The position numbers and the translations under genes were made by a program. The notes beneath the pieces were generated by a model, which had not been told where the DNA came from, ran no database searches, and saw only the letters and a program-made list of their open reading frames with translations. Below are positions 60,701-64,000 of a stretch of 64,000 nt of DNA, piece by piece. This stretch comes from Basidiobolus meristosporus CBS 931.73 (taxonomy: Eukaryota > Fungi > Basidiobolomycota): contig MCFE01000447.1 of NCBI GenBank assembly GCA_002104905.1, positions 1 through 64,000 of the forward strand, written 5' to 3'. The first letter of the stretch is position 1; each line of letters starts with the position of its first letter.

Positions 60701-63561
60701 GGTAGGAATGGAAGGTGGATGAACTTGCAAGGAATACTGGAATATAATAAACTAGATTGTGGGTTTGTAAAGCCACTAGTATGTCAAGAATACAACTATT
60801 GAGCCACAATCTGCAACTTAAATAAGTTAATGTCACTTCAGAAGGTACTGGTTTCAACATCCTTTGATAGAGTATTGTACTAAAACTTCCAATACTGTAA
60901 CAACTGTAAACTCCACCAGCAGGGTAATAAAGTGAATCCAGCTTTGACCAATAGTTTTACAAAGATAAAGTATCTTTGCCTTCATAGGACAAGACTAGGG
61001 AAAGATGATGGGTGATACTTACAGTGAGTATTCCTTTTACAAGTTTTCTTAAAACTTTGGGCAGAAGGCAGGGATCCATAGGCAAGTCAGGAGAGTTTGA
61101 TTGAACTGTTATGTATAGACACAAGGCAGGAGAGTAGGGCTAGGCAAGGCAAGACCAGGAAAGAACTTAGGTGTGGATCAACAAGTCAAGGCAGATTTCC
61201 AAGGCAAGGCTGTTTATTCAAGACCTGTGTTTATCAGACTGAGGAATACTTAAGGGGGGATAGGACTATATACTTTTTGGTTATACTGATGCCAAGAGAT
61301 ATTAGCTAATACTAATGGGGTTGTGGGGTGAGGCACAGCAGCAGTGCTGGGGATAATAATATAGAGGGCAGGCACTGAGACAGGATGGGCAAATGGATTG
61401 GGTCACCTGATCATGTGACTAAGTCATGTGACCTGGTATTTCTATAAATGGTACTGGACTATGAAAAATACAATGGGAAGCTTCCATGGAATGTTCCATT
61501 GAGTAACAATGGTTTTGGAATGGTTGGGAACTTTCTGGAAGGTGGTAGAAGGTTCCAGAAGGAATCTCTTAGAAATTGAGCTAGGAAGCTGAAACTTGGC
61601 ATGGGTGTTCATGGTTGCCATGTTATCATGATAGCTATGGCTCACATTATTCTGATGAAATTAAGCTTGGCTACCAGTGCAAAGGTCTCAGTTAAAGTCA
61701 AGTCCTTTTCTTTTAAACTATCATTTTACAACAAGTCCTGTGTTATATCTCTCTGTTATACCATGAGCCATATATCATTTCATGAACCCCCATCTGCATC
61801 CAATGATCTTTGGTTGATTAGTAAGTTGCCTAGGTCCCAAGTCTGATATCCCTCCAGGCCAGATACTCCTCCATTATTGCAGATCTTCAAAACATTGCCT
61901 GAGGGCTATTGATGGCCCCTTTTACACTTTAGGGCTTGTAAAATATGGACTGAATAGTTGTAGGCTAAGTTTCTGCCCTATTTGATATATTTATTTGATT
62001 CATTTGTGGTCCATTTAGATAATATATTGTTTAGTGCTGCAATGATCACCTCTGGGATATTTCTGGGCACAGATTCAGGCTGAACCATTGTTGTTGAGGC
62101 ATCTCAATTGAAAAGTTCTTACTGTTTTGTTCTGACTCAGCCCTAACTATCAGTGGACTTGAGATCAGATTTTTATCCTAATATGGTGTCATTTGTTGTA
62201 AAATTAGAAATTTGCATATAACAACACATTGGTAGACTTGATCAACTTCTTTGCCTTGGTATTGTTAAGTTTATAATTTATAAATATTCTTCTGGTATGA
62301 TTTATCTCAAACTTTGACTAGTTTCCAGGCAGTTATTGGCTTATGCTGTTCACCCATATATTTGTAGATATTTGGTACATAATCTGTATCTGTACTATGA
62401 CTCAAGTAAAGCAGAGCAATGAAGTATACAGCTATAGCTCCTATTTCTTAGCTACACAGCCACAGCATCTGGTTCTACCCAGATATCATAGGATAATTTT
62501 GACCATGGATCATAGATTTTGCCATCCAATTATTGATGTGTTTGTATTTTCTGCCACTTCATCTTGGTGTTGAAAATGTGCTACAGTAGTCTCTTGCTTT
62601 ATCTCACGAATTTTGCCCAAGTAGATAAAGAGTCTTGAGGTATACTCTTCACCATTGTTGGAGTGTGTTTTCTTGATTTTCTCACCAGTTTAACTCCATA
62701 CCTTGGCTTCAAAATCCCTCAACCTTGACAGAGCTTCCTCCATTTTTCTATGAAGCAGGCCTACATGTATTTTGCATAAGCATCAATGAAAGTGAATAAA
62801 TTCTTCATCCCACATAGGAAACAATTTTGTATATGTCCATGCAGATCTGATGAATTAGACATATTTTTTTCTTAGTTTTCTTTAGCCCAGAGCTCTTAAG
62901 CCATTGCCTGGCTTGTATTGCATGTATGCAAGCTTCACAGTGCCTCAAATTAGCTAGGTAAGCAATTTTTACTCTGGAAATTGGCTGATCCTTGATCATT
63001 TTGCACAAATAATCAAAGTTCATATGTCTAAATCTTTGGTGCCAAAATATTGCCCTTTTTCTTTTAAGCTACTTATGTTGGCCTCCAAATATCTTGGAAT
63101 ATAAGTCAACCTGTATAAATTTGGATCCCTGATACCAAAAGCAATACATGCACCACTTTGATCAGTGATCTTGTATCTGCAATTGTCAAAACTGACACTG
63201 AGTCCTGCTGCTGCGGCCTTGCTTACTAATAGTAGGTTCTTAGATGTCTCTGGTACAAGCATTACTGCTTAGAAGGAAGGTGTGTGGCATCTATTACTGT
63301 TCTTAATTGGAATATCTTAATATAGGGGAAGATTTTCTTTTTGGTCTGTAAGTGTTGAAATGCACCAAAGTCAATATACCAGGTCTAAGAGTTGTTATCT
63401 GTGGTAATATTTATTGCAGATATGAATAATCACTCTTCAGTGGTTGCATCATTTGCATATTCTGGCTTCTTTTACTGATCATCATTCTTTTTGAGGCACC
63501 AGTCTGATGGGTATTCTGTCCTTTTACAGGAGGTCCAAAGCAAAATGTTAACCTATGTAAT

Positions 63562-64000
63562 AGACTTGTTCCGTTGGATAGTGCCACATTGAGCCATGAG
63601 TGCCAAATGATGCCATAGTGTGCCAGAGAGATCAAGTGAGCCTATACTTGGCCACAGAGTGCAAAACATAGCTCTGCATCTTTGTGCAAAGCAGCCCCTG
63701 TGTTTCACCCATTGCGCAGGAGAAAATCCATTTTTTGACCTTCTTTTGTGGATCAATGTAGCTCAGGATGTGTAAGAGCACAGGAGAACTGAAGATATGC
63801 ATCTGGTACTCAATATGCATGGCACTCTGAATCTAGCTCCTGTAGCTTGTATCATGTCACAGAAATGAATGGCACTATCTTGGTTCACTGGTACTATCTG
63901 GCACTATACTTAAATATTAGCCCTAAAGTAAGATCTATACAAAGCACTTATAGTGCCAGATAGTACCAGTGAACCAAGATAGTGCCATTCATTTTTGTGA
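63562..64000. mobile_element. Second PHIS foldback/MITE copy, running off the window edge
   Basis: Starts AGACTTGTTCCGTTGGATAGTGCCACAT after AAT. Left arm, spacer and start of right arm match 52015-52450. Confidence 0.85.

Larger units (their letters stand above)
57808..61633 (-). mobile_element. Tf1/sushi-like gypsy reduced to LTR-gag-protease-LTR
   Basis: 527-bp LTRs 61107-61633 and 57808-58334. TSD GCTAT at 57803-57807 and 61634-61638. Protease ALIDSGAS abuts the 3' LTR; no RT, RNase H, IN or PPT. Confidence 0.85.
56190..63530 (-). mobile_element. Old copia A-like element (3' LTR about 56190-56533), split by a gypsy insertion
   Basis: Diverged A-type LTR and PPT. RT/RNase H 56540-57807 is continuous with 61634 onward. 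Integrase, PR and zinc knuckle remnants extend to about 63530. Confidence 0.7.

Noticed and set aside
654-63820. The many 60-130 aa antisense or off-frame ORFs in the track
   Set aside because: They overlap TE coding regions, LTRs or palindromic MITE arms, recur only because the repeats recur, and show no recognisable motifs.

Overview
This is a eukaryotic transposon island. A fungal host is probable (inferred from the element families and a GTGAGT..CTAAC..AG intron signal). I found no host gene, rRNA, tRNA or CRISPR array in 64 kb. The window is a deeply nested stack that can be resolved by target-site duplications (TSDs). It holds two Ty1/copia families with intact copies (A: 3079-7765; B: 22684-27369, LTRs identical by eye), both with a half-tRNA-iMet-type primer site. 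It also holds a Ty3/gypsy family with 368-bp LTRs (G1; near-intact copy 37784-42721 with one in-frame stop, plus decayed copies and a solo LTR), three other gypsy lineages and two solo copies of a 1.1-1.2 kb LTR. DNA transposons are a two-gene PIF/Harbinger-superfamily (PHIS) element with an ACT TSD, two foldback derivatives of it and a CACTA transposase relic. The best leads are: the PHIS element with its ~345-bp-arm foldback partners; the dual use of tRNA-iMet and the AUG embedded in the primer site; a complete -1 frameshift signal; a variable CCCCT array in an LTR U3; and an extra ORF after the integrase of a decayed gypsy. All alignments and mismatch counts were made by eye. Novelty cannot be established without database searches.
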